Counted from the first letter of the stretch, positions 1 to 11,384 are shown. The stretch: 64,000 bases of DNA from Ignavibacteriota bacterium (GCA_963752915.1 CAVVZZ010000006.1:11166-75165); one strand, 5' to 3'. Numbers and translations: made by a program. The notes: generated by a model from the sequence alone, not told the origin.

Positions 1-1
1 G

Positions 2-346
2 TCTCCCGGGACCGAGACTGCACGCGAGGCCCCATTGAGTGCCCCGGGAAATGCGCAACGACTGAAAGAGTGCACGGAGACTTGACCTCTCTGATGTCCC
101 GTGGATCGTGACACTGGGAGCTGCAAGGCCGAGGAATCCAACGTATGTTTCCCGGACAATCCAGTGAATCTCCGCATTCGGATACGTCGTCCGGATGGCA
201 TTCACGGCAGGGAGCGCCGTGAGGGCGTCTCCCAACTTCGTCAGTTCCACCAGAAGAATGGACTTCGGCCTACCATCCCGCGCCTGACGCACGACTGCAC
301 TCCTGCGTCGAAACCCGATCAACCACTCAGCGATGCGCAAGAACAT
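2..346 (-). CDS. Glycosyltransferase family 9 (LPS heptosyltransferase-like), N-terminal part; runs off window edge
   Basis: Not in ORF track; manual translation from ATG at 346 gives MFLRIAEW...KSILLVELTKLGDALTALPAVNAIRTTYPNAEIHWIV, the GT9 N-terminal signature. Confidence 0.8.
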   Translation of the reverse strand, partial: MFLRIAEWLIGFRRRSAVVRQARDGRPKSILLVELTKLGDALTALPAVNAIRTTYPNAEIHWIVRETYVGFLGLAAPSVTIHGTSERSSLRALFQSLRISRGTQWGLACSLGPGR

Positions 347-512
347 TGCACCGGTCCATTCACCACCTCAATGAGTTCCCCGCGGACACGTGTGTCGGTC
401 CTGCAGGCCGCCGCCGTTAAAAAGGCTAAATTTCTCAATATATAGCGATAGTCAGACAGAGTTTCAAGAATCGCTTTAAGAAATACACACCCGGCGGGGC
501 TGATACGAAGGA

Positions 513-1634
513 TCAGAGAAGAGTGGCATAGAGATCGAGCAATTTCCGCGCTGAATAGCGTGCATCGTATCGTGCGGCCACGTCGAGGGCTTGTCTTCGC
601 AAAGAAGCCCGGAGCGCACTGTCATCCGTCCCTCTGGACAATCCTTCCGCTATCGCGTCGGGACGACGCGGGTCGACGAGAATTGCGGATCCGGCGCAGA
701 GTTCGGAGAGTGCAGGAACGTCCGAGGTTACGACCACCGCGCCGCAACTGAGCGCTTCCAGAACGGGCAGCCCGAAGCCTTCCTCGAGGGAAGGATACGC
801 GAACACCTCCGCCTCCCTGTAGAATGACGTGATGTCCGATTGGGGAACGAAGCCGAGGACGCGAACGGATGCATTTCGGGATGTTTCCTTGATCTCTCTC
901 GCCAGCGACGTGGTTTTCCATCCCGGCTTCCCTGCGATAGCGAGCGTCACTCCGGAGTGCGATCGGGAATATTCGCGGAACGCGGCAAGAAGGTTGTTTA
1001 CGTTTTTGCGGGGCTCAATAGTTCCCACAAAAAGGATGAACGGTGTGCGAACGCCATACCGGCGAATTACTTCTTCGTCCGACGTTGAGGCATCAGCCGG
1101 TACACACGAGGGATCGGCTGTTGAAGGGATGATGGTGGCCTTCTCCCCCAGCCGCTTATCAAAGCGCGCGAGCCGATCATATGTCGCTCGCGAAGGAACG
1201 ACAATGGCGTCGGAAACCGCGAGAGAACGGAGAAGTGCGCCGTGCCGGCTGACGACTCTGGACTCGAACCACTCTGGATGATCAAAGGAGATGAGGTCGT
1301 GAAGTGTAAGAACGCGCCGATGCCGGGTCGGAGGAGAAAAAGGATCGGAGGAATCGAAAACATCAAACGGACCGATGATCCGCTCGAGCGCCGGGTGGCG
1401 GAGGCGGTTCCAATAGAATCGCTTCACGGGACCCGGGATTCGATGCAAATCCGTGTGAGCACGGACCCCGCGCAACGAGGAGAGGCCCGTCATGTCCAGC
1501 GAGCGGGACCACCCGTGGATCATATATTCATTTTCCCGATCGAGCGAAAGGAGCGCCTTCAACAAATTGATCCGGCCGCGACCGATCCCGGTGGACTCAC
1601 GATGACAATAGCTGGCATCAAACACGATTTTCAT
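513..1634 (-). CDS. Glycosyltransferase family 4
   Basis: FVGTIEPRKN and YPSLEEGFGLPVLEA motifs. Confidence 0.92.
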   Translation of the reverse strand: MKIVFDASYCHRESTGIGRGRINLLKALLSLDRENEYMIHGWSRSLDMTGLSSLRGVRAHTDLHRIPGPVKRFYWNRLRHPALERIIGPFDVFDSSDPFSPPTRHRRVLTLHDLISFDHPEWFESRVVSRHGALLRSLAVSDAIVVPSRATYDRLARFDKRLGEKATIIPSTADPSCVPADASTSDEEVIRRYGVRTPFILFVGTIEPRKNVNNLLAAFREYSRSHSGVTLAIAGKPGWKTTSLAREIKETSRNASVRVLGFVPQSDITSFYREAEVFAYPSLEEGFGLPVLEALSCGAVVVTSDVPALSELCAGSAILVDPRRPDAIAEGLSRGTDDSALRASLRRQALDVAARYDARYSARKLLDLYATLL

Positions 1635-2767
1635 GACCCGGTCCCCGCAAGACGCGTCACGAGATTCCTATACAGTGGGGTGACTGCATCGACGCTGTAT
1701 GTTGACGCGATCCGGTCGAGGCCTTGCTCCACGAGCCCATCCCTGAGGCGCTGGTCTTCTATGATTGTGCGGAGAGTTGTGCCAAGCGCTTCCGCGTCGC
1801 CTTCGGGAAACACCGATTCGTCGATTCCGATCACGCGGGGGATCTCTCCGGATGACGAGCCAACAACGGCAACGCCGCATGCCATTGCCTCAATGAGGAT
1901 CCGGCCGAACTGCTCCTTCCACAATTTCCCCGTCCTCGAAGGCAAAACAAGAATATCAAGAGACCGCAATACGGCGGGCATGAGGTCGTGGGGAACGTTT
2001 CCCTTCCAGTGCACCCTTTCTGAGACGCCGTTCGACTGTGCGAGCGCCCTCCACTCTTGTTCGCATTCGCCGCTCCCGATCATGAGGAGTTCACAATTTT
2101 GCGGGAGCGATGGCAGGGCCTGCAACAGGAGATCTCCCCCTTTGAGTGCGGTGAACCTTCCGGCAAACCCGATGGTACTCGTTGATCGGCTCCATTCGAC
2201 AGATTCAAGTCCAGGACTGAAAGCTCCACTATCCACTGCGGGAGGAATCGGGGTAACATGATGATAGCCATATTTCTCGTAGATGGCTCTCGCGTCCGAC
2301 GTATGAGTGATGATCGCATCGACACATGGCAGGATGCGCTCCTCAATCATCCTGTGAAGCAGGGACAACTTGTATGGATACCCCACATTCCGATAATCGA
2401 TATTGCGCCAGGAGATCAATGCGATTTTGAAAGCCGCCCCGAGCTCCTTGCGAGCGTGAACGATCTGGTACGCAAGGAAATTTTCCGGCTCTGCGTTGCA
2501 GAGAACGATGTCGGGGGCGGTTGCCTTGAGGACCGGGATGAGACCGCGGTACATGACCCTCTGGTGTTTCCCTCCGAAGTTGACCTTGAGAGGATGAACC
2601 GGAGGTCCGTCCTCCGGTCGTTCGAACTTCTGGACCATCCCCATCTCACGCCAAATTCGCGGAGCGACGATGGCAACGTCCGCAATTCCTGACTGATGAA
2701 TGGCGGCATACAGAGTGCGCCCCGATTTAGAGACCGCGTTATGGTCGATGATAAGGAGGCGGGTCAT
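1631..2767 (-). CDS. Glycosyltransferase family 4
   Basis: GFAGRF..LKG and EQFGRILIEAMACG motifs; 4-bp overlaps with neighbours. Confidence 0.92.
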   Translation of the reverse strand: MTRLLIIDHNAVSKSGRTLYAAIHQSGIADVAIVAPRIWREMGMVQKFERPEDGPPVHPLKVNFGGKHQRVMYRGLIPVLKATAPDIVLCNAEPENFLAYQIVHARKELGAAFKIALISWRNIDYRNVGYPYKLSLLHRMIEERILPCVDAIITHTSDARAIYEKYGYHHVTPIPPAVDSGAFSPGLESVEWSRSTSTIGFAGRFTALKGGDLLLQALPSLPQNCELLMIGSGECEQEWRALAQSNGVSERVHWKGNVPHDLMPAVLRSLDILVLPSRTGKLWKEQFGRILIEAMACGVAVVGSSSGEIPRVIGIDESVFPEGDAEALGTTLRTIIEDQRLRDGLVEQGLDRIASTYSVDAVTPLYRNLVTRLAGTGS

Positions 2768-4272
2768 CGGTCCACCCCGGAAGAAAAAACCCTGAGCATG
2801 GAGCCAAGGGAATGGTTCATCCGCTCAATGAAAGCGATGTCTGTGGTGTGGAACGGCTTGAAGACTGTCCACGCGCCAAGGGTTACGGTCGTGTACAGGA
2901 TCGCGTGCGCGGCCAGGGCGAAATGGCCCTCCACTTCCGGTACGGCGAACAACGCCAGAGCACCGACGGCCGACCCGGCCAGGAGCCGGAAATATGGACC
3001 CGGTTGCAATTGGACACCGACGTTCTTTCGAACGAAAAAGAACGTACAACAGGTTGCCAACACATATGCCGTTGATGTAGCGATGACGGCTCCAGCAGCG
3101 CCGTATGCAGGAATAAGAAGGAGGTCTCCGGCCAGGTTCACTCCTGCCGAAAGGACGCCAATCGTACTCACAAGGCCGACCTTCCCGACCGCAAGAAGCG
3201 CCTCGGTATTCTCCCCACCACCGAAGAGCCGGGCGACGATCCTTACTGCCGCAAACGCGTGAACGACGAAGAGCGCGCCGAGAAATCGATCGGTGTAGAG
3301 CCCGCGGATCACCGTCCCACCATCCACAAGCAGAAAGACCATGAGCGGGAGAGTCAGCGCCGACGATATCCGAACGACGGCGTGATAGAAGTCGCGCATT
3401 CGGCCGCCTGCCGTTCCCTCCCGGCGCGCAAGCTCAGCAAACAGGGCGAAATTGATTCCGCCCATTCCTGATGTGAGAATGATCCCTGCGGCCTGGACCA
3501 AGCCTGCACCAATCTCATAGAGTCCCGTCTGGTTTTTGTCCGGTCCCAGGATCCCCAACAGGACAACATCGCCGTAGCGGCCAAGAACGAAGTCCACACC
3601 GACATTGATCCAGAAGATCGCCCCAAAAGCAAGTATCGGACGAACTGCGATCGCTTCCGCAGCCCCTGTCAACGAAGGGCGAACGAACACCAGCAAGGCG
3701 ATCACATGCAGGAACGACGTGCATGCAAGTGCGATGACGAACAGCTCGAACGTCCCCCCGTGTGCAGCCAGGAGTCCGACAACAATAATGTCGACGATGC
3801 GGGCGACGATGGAGATCGTTGAGGGAATTCGTGGCAACAGCTGGGCCACCATGCTCATGGCCAGAAGTGGAATCACGGACCGCATGATGGCAAACACGGA
3901 GAATGCCAAAAGAGTCGAAACTGCGCCACCCAGATGACTGGCGAGGTTCAGGAAAAGAGAAACAACGGCCGCAGAGATCAATGCGAGGAGAAGGCGGACC
4001 ATCGTGACATGTCTGACGAGATACCGGATCGCAGGAACTCGGCTCTCGGAGGTCAATTCCGGAACGAACTTGTTGAGCGACGCCTCCATGCCCATGGAAC
4101 TCATCGCCAGGACCATTTGCATTCCGCCCAGGACAAGTGCGTACAGACCGTATTCACGGACATTCAGCGTCCGGGCGATGATGATCCCGACGATATACAT
4201 CCCCGCGGAATCGAGGATTCTGCCCGTGTAGTTCCAGACAAGAGAAGACCCCACTTCGCGCGGCGATCTCAT
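2764..4272 (-). CDS. Wzx-like polysaccharide flippase
   Basis: Many TM segments, IIARTL...EYGLY and LLIPAYGAAGA motifs; ATG at 4272 overlaps the upstream stop. Confidence 0.85.
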   Translation of the reverse strand: MRSPREVGSSLVWNYTGRILDSAGMYIVGIIIARTLNVREYGLYALVLGGMQMVLAMSSMGMEASLNKFVPELTSESRVPAIRYLVRHVTMVRLLLALISAAVVSLFLNLASHLGGAVSTLLAFSVFAIMRSVIPLLAMSMVAQLLPRIPSTISIVARIVDIIVVGLLAAHGGTFELFVIALACTSFLHVIALLVFVRPSLTGAAEAIAVRPILAFGAIFWINVGVDFVLGRYGDVVLLGILGPDKNQTGLYEIGAGLVQAAGIILTSGMGGINFALFAELARREGTAGGRMRDFYHAVVRISSALTLPLMVFLLVDGGTVIRGLYTDRFLGALFVVHAFAAVRIVARLFGGGENTEALLAVGKVGLVSTIGVLSAGVNLAGDLLLIPAYGAAGAVIATSTAYVLATCCTFFFVRKNVGVQLQPGPYFRLLAGSAVGALALFAVPEVEGHFALAAHAILYTTVTLGAWTVFKPFHTTDIAFIERMNHSLGSMLRVFSSGVDR

Positions 4273-5396
4273 TTCGCTTCCTCGGTCAGGCCCTTGTAGA
4301 GCGAGAGAACTCGGGCGACAATCCGGGACCAATCGTACGGTTCCGCGCTCTTCCTTGCATGCACTCCCATTCGGGCACGGCGCTGGGGATCGTCGAGGAG
4401 AACGGTGATCTTCTCGGCGGCATCCTCGGCGTCCCGGCGGATGAACATCCCATTGTCTCCGTCGACAATGAAGTCTACCGCCCCGTTGACACGCGTTACC
4501 AGAATCGGGAGGCCTGCAGCTGCGGCTTCCACCATGGCAAGTGAAAACGCCTCGTAATAGGAGGGCATCACATAGAGGTCTGCGGCAAAATACAGCCGCT
4601 CGATCCCCGTTCGCGTCGACAGAAAACGAACGCGTTCTTCCACTCCAAGCATCTTTGCCTGCCGACGAAACGGGGCCGGATCATCGTTGCCCGACACGAT
4701 AAGCCACAGGTCCTTTCTGTGGAGACGGCCGAGTGCTTCGAGAACGACAGGCACCCCTTTCCGCTCGAATTCATTGGCAACGATCAAAAGGACATGGTCG
4801 TGCGGCGGGATGTTCTGTTCCGTCCGCACGGTCGCACGATCACCAGGCTTGCGTCCGATGTCGAACGCAGATAGATCCACGCCGTTCGGAATCACACTGA
4901 TTTTTCCCGCCGGCACGCCGTATTCCTCCTGTAGCTCCTGCCGGACACCAGCCGAGACGGCGATGATATGCCGGCATCGCCCTTCACGGTAGAGCAGTCG
5001 TTCGTTTCGAAGACGAACCGCATCGACAATCCCGAAGTTATGAACTGACCTGCGTCTTTCCCATGGAGAACGGACAGCCATCGCCCGGGCATGGCAACTA
5101 TGCGCGGTCACGACATCGCCGAAGGGGACCTCCCCGTGCGTATGGACGATGTCGGGTGCAAGCTGTGCGCATGCTTGCGCGCTCGCTCTCGCAAAGTGCA
5201 GCATCTCAATGAAGTGCGGCTCTGTAAACACCTGGAGTTGACGGCGGGAAAACTCCGGCGACTCTACGTCGCCCGGATACGCGTGCAAGAAGTGGACTTC
5301 ATGTCCGAGCCGAGCAGATCCCTCTGCGAGCGCCGCGGCCGATCGGGGGATGCCCTTCGACCGGGTGCAGTCGCTATGGACGTGGACGATTCGCAC
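4269..5396 (-). CDS. Glycosyltransferase family 4 (WaaG-like)
   Basis: VIPNGVD, ERKGV and PSYYEAFSLAMVEAAAAGLP; GTG start at 5396 preceded by GGAGG. Confidence 0.9.
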   Translation of the reverse strand: MRIVHVHSDCTRSKGIPRSAAALAEGSARLGHEVHFLHAYPGDVESPEFSRRQLQVFTEPHFIEMLHFARASAQACAQLAPDIVHTHGEVPFGDVVTAHSCHARAMAVRSPWERRRSVHNFGIVDAVRLRNERLLYREGRCRHIIAVSAGVRQELQEEYGVPAGKISVIPNGVDLSAFDIGRKPGDRATVRTEQNIPPHDHVLLIVANEFERKGVPVVLEALGRLHRKDLWLIVSGNDDPAPFRRQAKMLGVEERVRFLSTRTGIERLYFAADLYVMPSYYEAFSLAMVEAAAAGLPILVTRVNGAVDFIVDGDNGMFIRRDAEDAAEKITVLLDDPQRRARMGVHARKSAEPYDWSRIVARVLSLYKGLTEEAK

Positions 5397-5904
5397 TACT
5401 GTCCTCCATGACACTGTAAACGACTGGGCTGTAGGCGAACCCTCTCCTCGTCCCAATCCCGGCAGTCAGCCAGGTCCAATAGCCGGTGTCCTCGGAAGCA
5501 CGCACGATAAGGTACAACGTAAGAAGGATGAGCACAAGACAAAGCGTATCCATCCTCCCCATCCTGGAATAGAGAATGAAAAGAGGATTGACGGACACCA
5601 CGCCTCCGAGAGCCATGGAGAATCCCCGCACCACCGGCAGAGAATAGCCCGCGCATTTCACGACCGCCGCAAGAGTCAGGAAATACAGCGGCGGCTGCCA
5701 GAAGACGCCCTGGTCCATTCCGACAACGATATGCGACACCAATTTCCCTTCGGAGGCAAGATTGAATGCCGGCTCGGAGAACAGCTCTTCATCGGTCTGA
5801 GGCGGAAGATAGGAGAGGAACAGGCTGCCGGCGAGGATCACATAGAGCAAGAGCGGGATGACGAGAAATGATGAAGATCGAACGCGATCCTTCAGTGCCG
5901 TCAT
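5374..5904 (-). pseudogene. Truncated ArnT/PMT-like (GT-C) membrane glycosyltransferase
   Basis: TDE, QPPLYF and SRMGRMD motifs, but only 176 aa, with an apparent internal deletion and no C-terminal half. Confidence 0.65.
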
Positions 5905-6083
5905 CGATGAAGTACTCGCAAGGAGGTAATGAAGATTGGTTCACATCCAGAGGCAGGCCCGGCCTCCAATATACAGCAAGCATCCTACACTCTCAAACAC
6001 AGATCAGAGGAATCGTTGCATTTTCCTCGTGTTCACCGTATATTTGTCTGGTTTTTTGAACCGCACTTGGAATTCCCTTTGTT

Positions 6084-6170
6084 GGAGAGGTGCAGGAGCG
6101 GTTGAACTGGCCACCCTGGAAAGGTGGTATACTCGTAAGGGTATCGTGGGTTCGAATCCCACCCTCTCCG
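6084..6170 (+). tRNA. tRNA-Ser(GGA)
   Basis: GGAGAGG/CCTCTCC acceptor stem, CCACC-CTGGAAA-GGTGG anticodon arm, long variable arm, GTTCGAATC T-loop; CCA not encoded. Confidence 0.96.
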
Positions 6171-6292
6171 CTGACGTCGTGTGCTGTTTACGTTACCGCT
6201 ATGAAGTGATTCCCGCCTGCTCGGCCCAATGCGTCCTCTTGCATCCGAGTCGAGTCCTCTCTATCTTGCCTTTGTCCTCCGGGAATCGCCCC

Positions 6293-7564
6293 ATGCGCCT
6301 TTCACTCGCAATCCTCCTCTGTGCGACCATTACCGTAGCTTCTGCGCAGACTGTCCACGTCATCACCATTGATGCGACCATCAACCCCGCAATCGCAGAA
6401 TACATCGGCGCTGAAATCGATGCGGCGCATCGCGACGGCGCAGAGTGCCTCATTGTTCGGCTGAACACGCCGGGCGGGCTCCTCAAGTCGACGCGCGTCA
6501 TTGTTTCTTCGTTCCTGACATCGCCGATCCCCGTGATTGTCTATGTCTCGCCCGCGGGGGCGCAGGCAGCGTCCGCCGGAGTGTTTGTCACGCTCGCATC
6601 GCACATCGCCGCGATGGCGCCCGGGACGAACATCGGCGCGGCGCATCCCGTCGGGATGCAGGGATCGGAGCCGGATTCCGTCATGAATGAAAAAGCGACG
6701 AACGACGCGGCCGCCTTCATCCGGACGATCAGTGAAAATCGCCACCGGAACGTCCACTGGGCCGAAGATGCCGTCCGAAAAAGCATTTCAATTACCGAGA
6801 CCGAGGCGCTGAAAGATTCCGTCATCGACATTATTGCCCCGAGCGTCCGGGCGTTGCTCGATAGTCTCGACGGCCGGACAGTGGATCTCGGAGGAACGCA
6901 TCTCGTGCTGAAAACACGGGACGCACGGATCGTCGAACGGGAAATGGGGACGAAGAATAAAATCCTCGATATCCTGAGCGATCCGAATATCGCCTATATC
7001 TTTTTCCTGCTTGGGGTCTTCGGTATCCTCTTCGAACTGTATAACCCGGGAGCGATCCTTCCCGGTGTCGTTGGAGTCATCTCGTTGATTCTGGCATTCT
7101 ACTCACTCCATACCTTGCCCGTGAATTATGCGGGCCTCGCACTTATGATCTTCGGCGTCATCTTGTTTATTATCGAGCTGAAAATCCCTACCCACGGCCT
7201 CCTCTCGATCGGAGGAATCATTTCGCTCTTTCTGGGCTCCGTCATGCTTATCAGCCCGGAATCTTCTTTGGACATGGTCTCCATTTCCTGGATGGTGATT
7301 CTCGGTGCGGTGGGATTCACCGCACTCTTCTTCATTTTTGCGATCGGGATGGGGGTCAAAGCACAACAACGCAAGCCGACGACCGGTCTCGAAGGCATGC
7401 TGGGAGAAGCGGGGCTCGCGCAGACCGACCTCTCACCGGATGGGACCGTTCGGGTTCGGGGTGAGTTGTGGAGCGCCATCGCGTCCGAAGGAACCATCGG
7501 CCGCGGGGATAAGGTGGTCATCACAGCTGTCGAGGGACTCCGGCTTCGGGTCCGGAAGGGCTGA
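6293..7564 (+). CDS. nfeD: NfeD family membrane-bound serine protease (long form)
   Basis: Signal peptide, [25 protein letters not shown] region, C-terminal OB fold (VRGELWSA). Confidence 0.95.
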   Translation: MRLSLAILLCATITVASAQTVHVITIDATINPAIAEYIGAEIDAAHRDGAECLIVRLNTPGGLLKSTRVIVSSFLTSPIPVIVYVSPAGAQAASAGVFVTLASHIAAMAPGTNIGAAHPVGMQGSEPDSVMNEKATNDAAAFIRTISENRHRNVHWAEDAVRKSISITETEALKDSVIDIIAPSVRALLDSLDGRTVDLGGTHLVLKTRDARIVEREMGTKNKILDILSDPNIAYIFFLLGVFGILFELYNPGAILPGVVGVISLILAFYSLHTLPVNYAGLALMIFGVILFIIELKIPTHGLLSIGGIISLFLGSVMLISPESSLDMVSISWMVILGAVGFTALFFIFAIGMGVKAQQRKPTTGLEGMLGEAGLAQTDLSPDGTVRVRGELWSAIASEGTIGRGDKVVITAVEGLRLRVRKG

Positions 7565-7631
7565 TCGCCCGCCCGGGCGCGGGAGCGCTCGCGTCCAGCG
7601 ATATACTTTTTGTTCAACCATCGGAGCGACT

Positions 7632-8393
7632 ATGGAAGCGTTCAGTGTTCTCATTATTCTTGCGGTGATTTTCGGCGTCATCATCCTCTCCAATGCCGTC
7701 CGCATCCTGCCGGAGTACGAGCGTGGCGTCATCTTCCGCCTTGGACGACTGGTCGGACTCAAAGGCCCGGGAATCATCTTCCTCATACCGATTGTCGACA
7801 GGATCACACGGGTGAGCCTGCGGACGGTGGTCATGGACATTCCGCCGCAGGACGTCATCACGCGCGATAACGTTTCAGTCAAAGTGAATGCGGTCGTGTA
7901 TTTCAGAGTCGTTGAACCGAACAAAGCGATCGTCGAGGTCGAGAACTACCTCTTCGCCACATCACAGCTCTCCCAAACGACGCTCAGAAGCATCCTTGGA
8001 CAGTCTTCGCTCGACGAGCTCCTCGCCGAACGCGACAAGATCAATGCCGACCTGCAGAAGGTCATCGATCTCCATACGGAACCCTGGGGGATCAAGATCT
8101 CGAATGTCGAAGTGAAGCAGATCGACCTGCCGGTCGAAATGCAGCGCGCAATGGCCAAGCAAGCGGAGGCCGAACGGGAACGACGTGCGAAGATCATCCA
8201 CGCTGAAGGGGAGTTCCAGGCAAGCCAGAAACTGGCCGATGCATCGACGATCATTGAGCAGCATCCAATGGCATTGCAGCTCCGGTATCTTCAAACGCTG
8301 ACGGAAATCGCATCCGAGAAGAACTCAACGACGATCTTCCCGATTCCCATCGACCTGATTGCACCGTTTATACAGAACTACGGGAAGAAGTAG
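7632..8393 (+). CDS. Slipin/SPFH (stomatin-like) protein
   Basis: [31 protein letters not shown]; canonical NfeD partner. Confidence 0.95.
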   Translation: MEAFSVLIILAVIFGVIILSNAVRILPEYERGVIFRLGRLVGLKGPGIIFLIPIVDRITRVSLRTVVMDIPPQDVITRDNVSVKVNAVVYFRVVEPNKAIVEVENYLFATSQLSQTTLRSILGQSSLDELLAERDKINADLQKVIDLHTEPWGIKISNVEVKQIDLPVEMQRAMAKQAEAERERRAKIIHAEGEFQASQKLADASTIIEQHPMALQLRYLQTLTEIASEKNSTTIFPIPIDLIAPFIQNYGKK

Positions 8394-8423
8394 GCGTGGG
8401 GTCCTTTGACCTTTGGTACCTCC

Positions 8424-10760
8424 ATGTCCACACTTCTTTCAGGATCAAATCCCGCCGTTCGCCTCGTAGGCCTTCACCGGCATGGTGAAGGCCTGATGAG
8501 GCTCTACTTCCGTGAGTCCTCGGGCCTCCGCGTTCAAGATGAGCGCTTTTTCCCTTTCTTCCATCTCTCCGATAGCAGCTTGCTGAAACGCTTCGGTCGC
8601 AAGCACTGGCTCAAAGAGCTCGCCGGCAGCGGCTTTTTCCGTTTTCTCTGTGTTTTTGAGGACTGGGCCTCGATGTGGGAGGCAGTCCGCATTGTAATGG
8701 AGGAGTCGTCGCGTACGGAGTTCTCGAGAGCGTCATCCTATGCCGATGTGGAGCAACTGCACCTTCTCCCCGATCCCACGACGCAATTTCTCATGCAGAG
8801 CGGGTTTACCCTGTTCAAGGGGCTGGATTTCGACGATCTCGTGCGGATGCAACTGGACATCGAAACCTACACGTCGGGACCGCATCGGTTCAGCAACGCG
8901 CGCGTGCCGGGAGACAGGATCATCATCATTTCGCTCTCCGATAATCGCGGCTGGGAACATGTGATTGACGGACGGAGAAAGAATGAAGAGGCCATGCTCC
9001 GCGAACTCATTGAAGTCGTCCGCGAGCGCGACCCGGATATCATCGAGGGACACAATATCCTCGGCTTTGATCTCCCCTACATTATGACCCGTTGTGGCCT
9101 GCACGGGATGACGCTCCCCATCGGGCGAGATGGAAGCGAACCCGCACTGATCGGGCGCGGCACGGGCGCCGAAGCGGAGGACGTCACGCTCGTGGAGATC
9201 GCCGGCAGACATGTGGTGGATACGTACCTGCTGGTCCAGAACTATGACGCGTCGAAACACTCCATGGAAAGCTACGGGCTGAAGTATGCCGCCCGGTTTT
9301 TCGGTCTGGCCTCGGACACACGGACGTATGTCGAAGGCGAGAAGATCACATGGTATTGGGACAATGACCCTCATACGCTTCTTGCGTATGCGCTTGACGA
9401 TGTGCGAGAGACGGGAGCACTTTCCACCCATCTGGGGGGAAGTGCGTTCTACCTATCCCGGATCGTCCCGCTGACGCTCGGGACTGTGATTCGCGGGGGC
9501 TCCGCTGCAAAGATCGAAGCCTTGCTGCTCCGCGCTTACCTTCACGCCCGCCGGTCGCTCCCGCGTCCCGAAGCGGGAACGCAGACGACAGGAGGATATA
9601 CCGACCTCTTCCTTACCGGACTGGTCGGACCGGTCGTCCATGCGGATGTCGAGTCCCTCTACCCTGCAATCATGCTCTCCCAGCGGATCCAGCCTTCGAC
9701 GGACCACGCAGGAATCTTCCTGCAGCTCCTGGAAGAGCTTACCGCGATGCGTATCGACGCCAAACGTGCGATGCAGGGAGCGAAGGTGGAGAAGGATCGT
9801 TCCCGCCTCGATGCAGTGCAGTCGTCATTTAAGATACTGATCAATTCCTTTTACGGGTATCTCGGATACAGCCGCGCGTTGTTCAATGACTATGCTTCGG
9901 CGGATGCCGTGACCAAGGCCGGCCAAACCATTCTCCGGTCGATGATCCTGAAGATCCGTGAAGATGGCGGAACCGTCATCGAGGTCGACACCGACGGCGT
10001 GCTGTATCTTCCTCCCGGCGGGACGGAGTCGGAGGAGCAGGCACGCGCGCATGTCGGTTCGATTTCATCGCGGATGCCGCGGGGAATCACCGTTGCGTAC
10101 AACGGCATGTATACGAAAATGCTCAGCTATCGCAAGAAGAATTACGCTCTCCTCGAACGCGATGGCAGGATTACGATCAAAGGGTCCTCGTTGATTTCGC
10201 GAAGCATGGAGGCCTTCGGACGGAGGTTTGTCCGCGAAGCCATTGGCGCCCTGCTGAAGGAAGATATTGCATCGCTGCACGACCTGTATCTGGATCTCTA
10301 CAATACCATCGTCGCGCGGGCGCTGGATGTGCGCGATCTGGCGCGCAGCGAAGTGCTGCGCGATTCCATTCCTGTGTACGTTGACGAGGTTCGGAGCGGC
10401 AAGAGAAACAGGAGCGCGGCGTATGAAGTCGCCATCGCGAGCGGAAAGGAAGCGAAACCGGGGAGCAGAATTTCATACTACATCACCGGGTCCGACGCCA
10501 ACGTCCGTGTGTTCGATAACTGCCGGTCTGTCGACGAATGGAACCCGAATTTCCCGGATGAAAACTCCGCGTTCTATCTTCAGCGCCTTGATGAGTTCGC
10601 ATCAAAATTCAAGGACCTCTTCAGCCCGCAACATTTTCGCGAGGTGTTCTCTGCGGAAGGGCTCTTCCCTTTCGACCCAACGAAGGTGGCTCTCCTGGTC
10701 ACCGAAGTCGGAGGAGACGCAGCGCCAGCGGACGACACGCTTCCCGAGACAATGCCGTAA
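8424..10760 (+). CDS. polB: Family B DNA polymerase with 3'-5' exonuclease
   Basis: ExoI DIET, ExoII GHNILGFDLPY, ExoIII YALDD; polymerase motifs DVESLYP, KILINSFYG, DTDG. Confidence 0.92.
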   Translation: MSTLLSGSNPAVRLVGLHRHGEGLMRLYFRESSGLRVQDERFFPFFHLSDSSLLKRFGRKHWLKELAGSGFFRFLCVFEDWASMWEAVRIVMEESSRTEFSRASSYADVEQLHLLPDPTTQFLMQSGFTLFKGLDFDDLVRMQLDIETYTSGPHRFSNARVPGDRIIIISLSDNRGWEHVIDGRRKNEEAMLRELIEVVRERDPDIIEGHNILGFDLPYIMTRCGLHGMTLPIGRDGSEPALIGRGTGAEAEDVTLVEIAGRHVVDTYLLVQNYDASKHSMESYGLKYAARFFGLASDTRTYVEGEKITWYWDNDPHTLLAYALDDVRETGALSTHLGGSAFYLSRIVPLTLGTVIRGGSAAKIEALLLRAYLHARRSLPRPEAGTQTTGGYTDLFLTGLVGPVVHADVESLYPAIMLSQRIQPSTDHAGIFLQLLEELTAMRIDAKRAMQGAKVEKDRSRLDAVQSSFKILINSFYGYLGYSRALFNDYASADAVTKAGQTILRSMILKIREDGGTVIEVDTDGVLYLPPGGTESEEQARAHVGSISSRMPRGITVAYNGMYTKMLSYRKKNYALLERDGRITIKGSSLISRSMEAFGRRFVREAIGALLKEDIASLHDLYLDLYNTIVARALDVRDLARSEVLRDSIPVYVDEVRSGKRNRSAAYEVAIASGKEAKPGSRISYYITGSDANVRVFDNCRSVDEWNPNFPDENSAFYLQRLDEFASKFKDLFSPQHFREVFSAEGLFPFDPTKVALLVTEVGGDAAPADDTLPETMP

Positions 10761-10972
10761 CATCCCGCTGGGTCAATGATTCCACCACCACACGCCAGGA
10801 GAATTTATTGGCGGCGCACAGATGTTCGTGCCCAATACTGTCGAGCCTGCCAGATCAGAAAAGAGACTTAGAATATCATAATTTCATTAATCTTCCGTGG
10901 AACCATTCATCCAAATTCTATCGACCCCAACCCGAAATCACGTAATTTGATTGCGTTATATCGTAGCAATGC

Positions 10973-11001
10973 TTGACATTCCCTGCGATTTTGGTTACTT
11001 T
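10973..11001 (+). promoter_or_regulatory. Sigma70-type promoter for the csp gene, giving a ~110-nt leader
   Basis: TTGACA-N17-TACTTT. Confidence 0.65.
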
Positions 11002-11118
11002 TTCGACCGAGTTTGATACGCACTCTTGTTGGGAAGAGGAAAGTCAGTGCGTACCCGTTTCCGCCAAACAGCCAAGTTCGAAGTCCCCATATGTTGTCCG
11101 CACTGAAGGAAATCTACG

Positions 11119-11343
11119 ATGGAGACTGGCACTGTGAAATGGTTTAACAACGCGAAGGGGTACGGTTTCATCACGAGGGCAAATGGCGAGGATCTCTTCG
11201 TGCATTTTAAGTCCATCCTCGGCGATGGCTACAAGACACTGAAGCAGGGACAGCAAGTGGAGTTTGAAGTGGAGGAAGGAGCGAAGGGGCTCCAGGCAGT
11301 GAATGTCACGAAGACTGAGGCAGAGCCGGAAAAACAGAAGTAG
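11119..11343 (+). CDS. Cold-shock protein
   Basis: GTVKWFN, KGYGFI (RNP1), LFVHF (RNP2). Confidence 0.97.
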   Translation: METGTVKWFNNAKGYGFITRANGEDLFVHFKSILGDGYKTLKQGQQVEFEVEEGAKGLQAVNVTKTEAEPEKQK

Positions 11344-11384
11344 GTCTTCCGTTGAGGGACTTCTAAAGGAGGAAGAAACGAGGG

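Noticed and set aside
5936-6292. N-terminal extension of the NfeD ORF
   Set aside because: It runs through tRNA-Ser; the signal peptide begins at 6293
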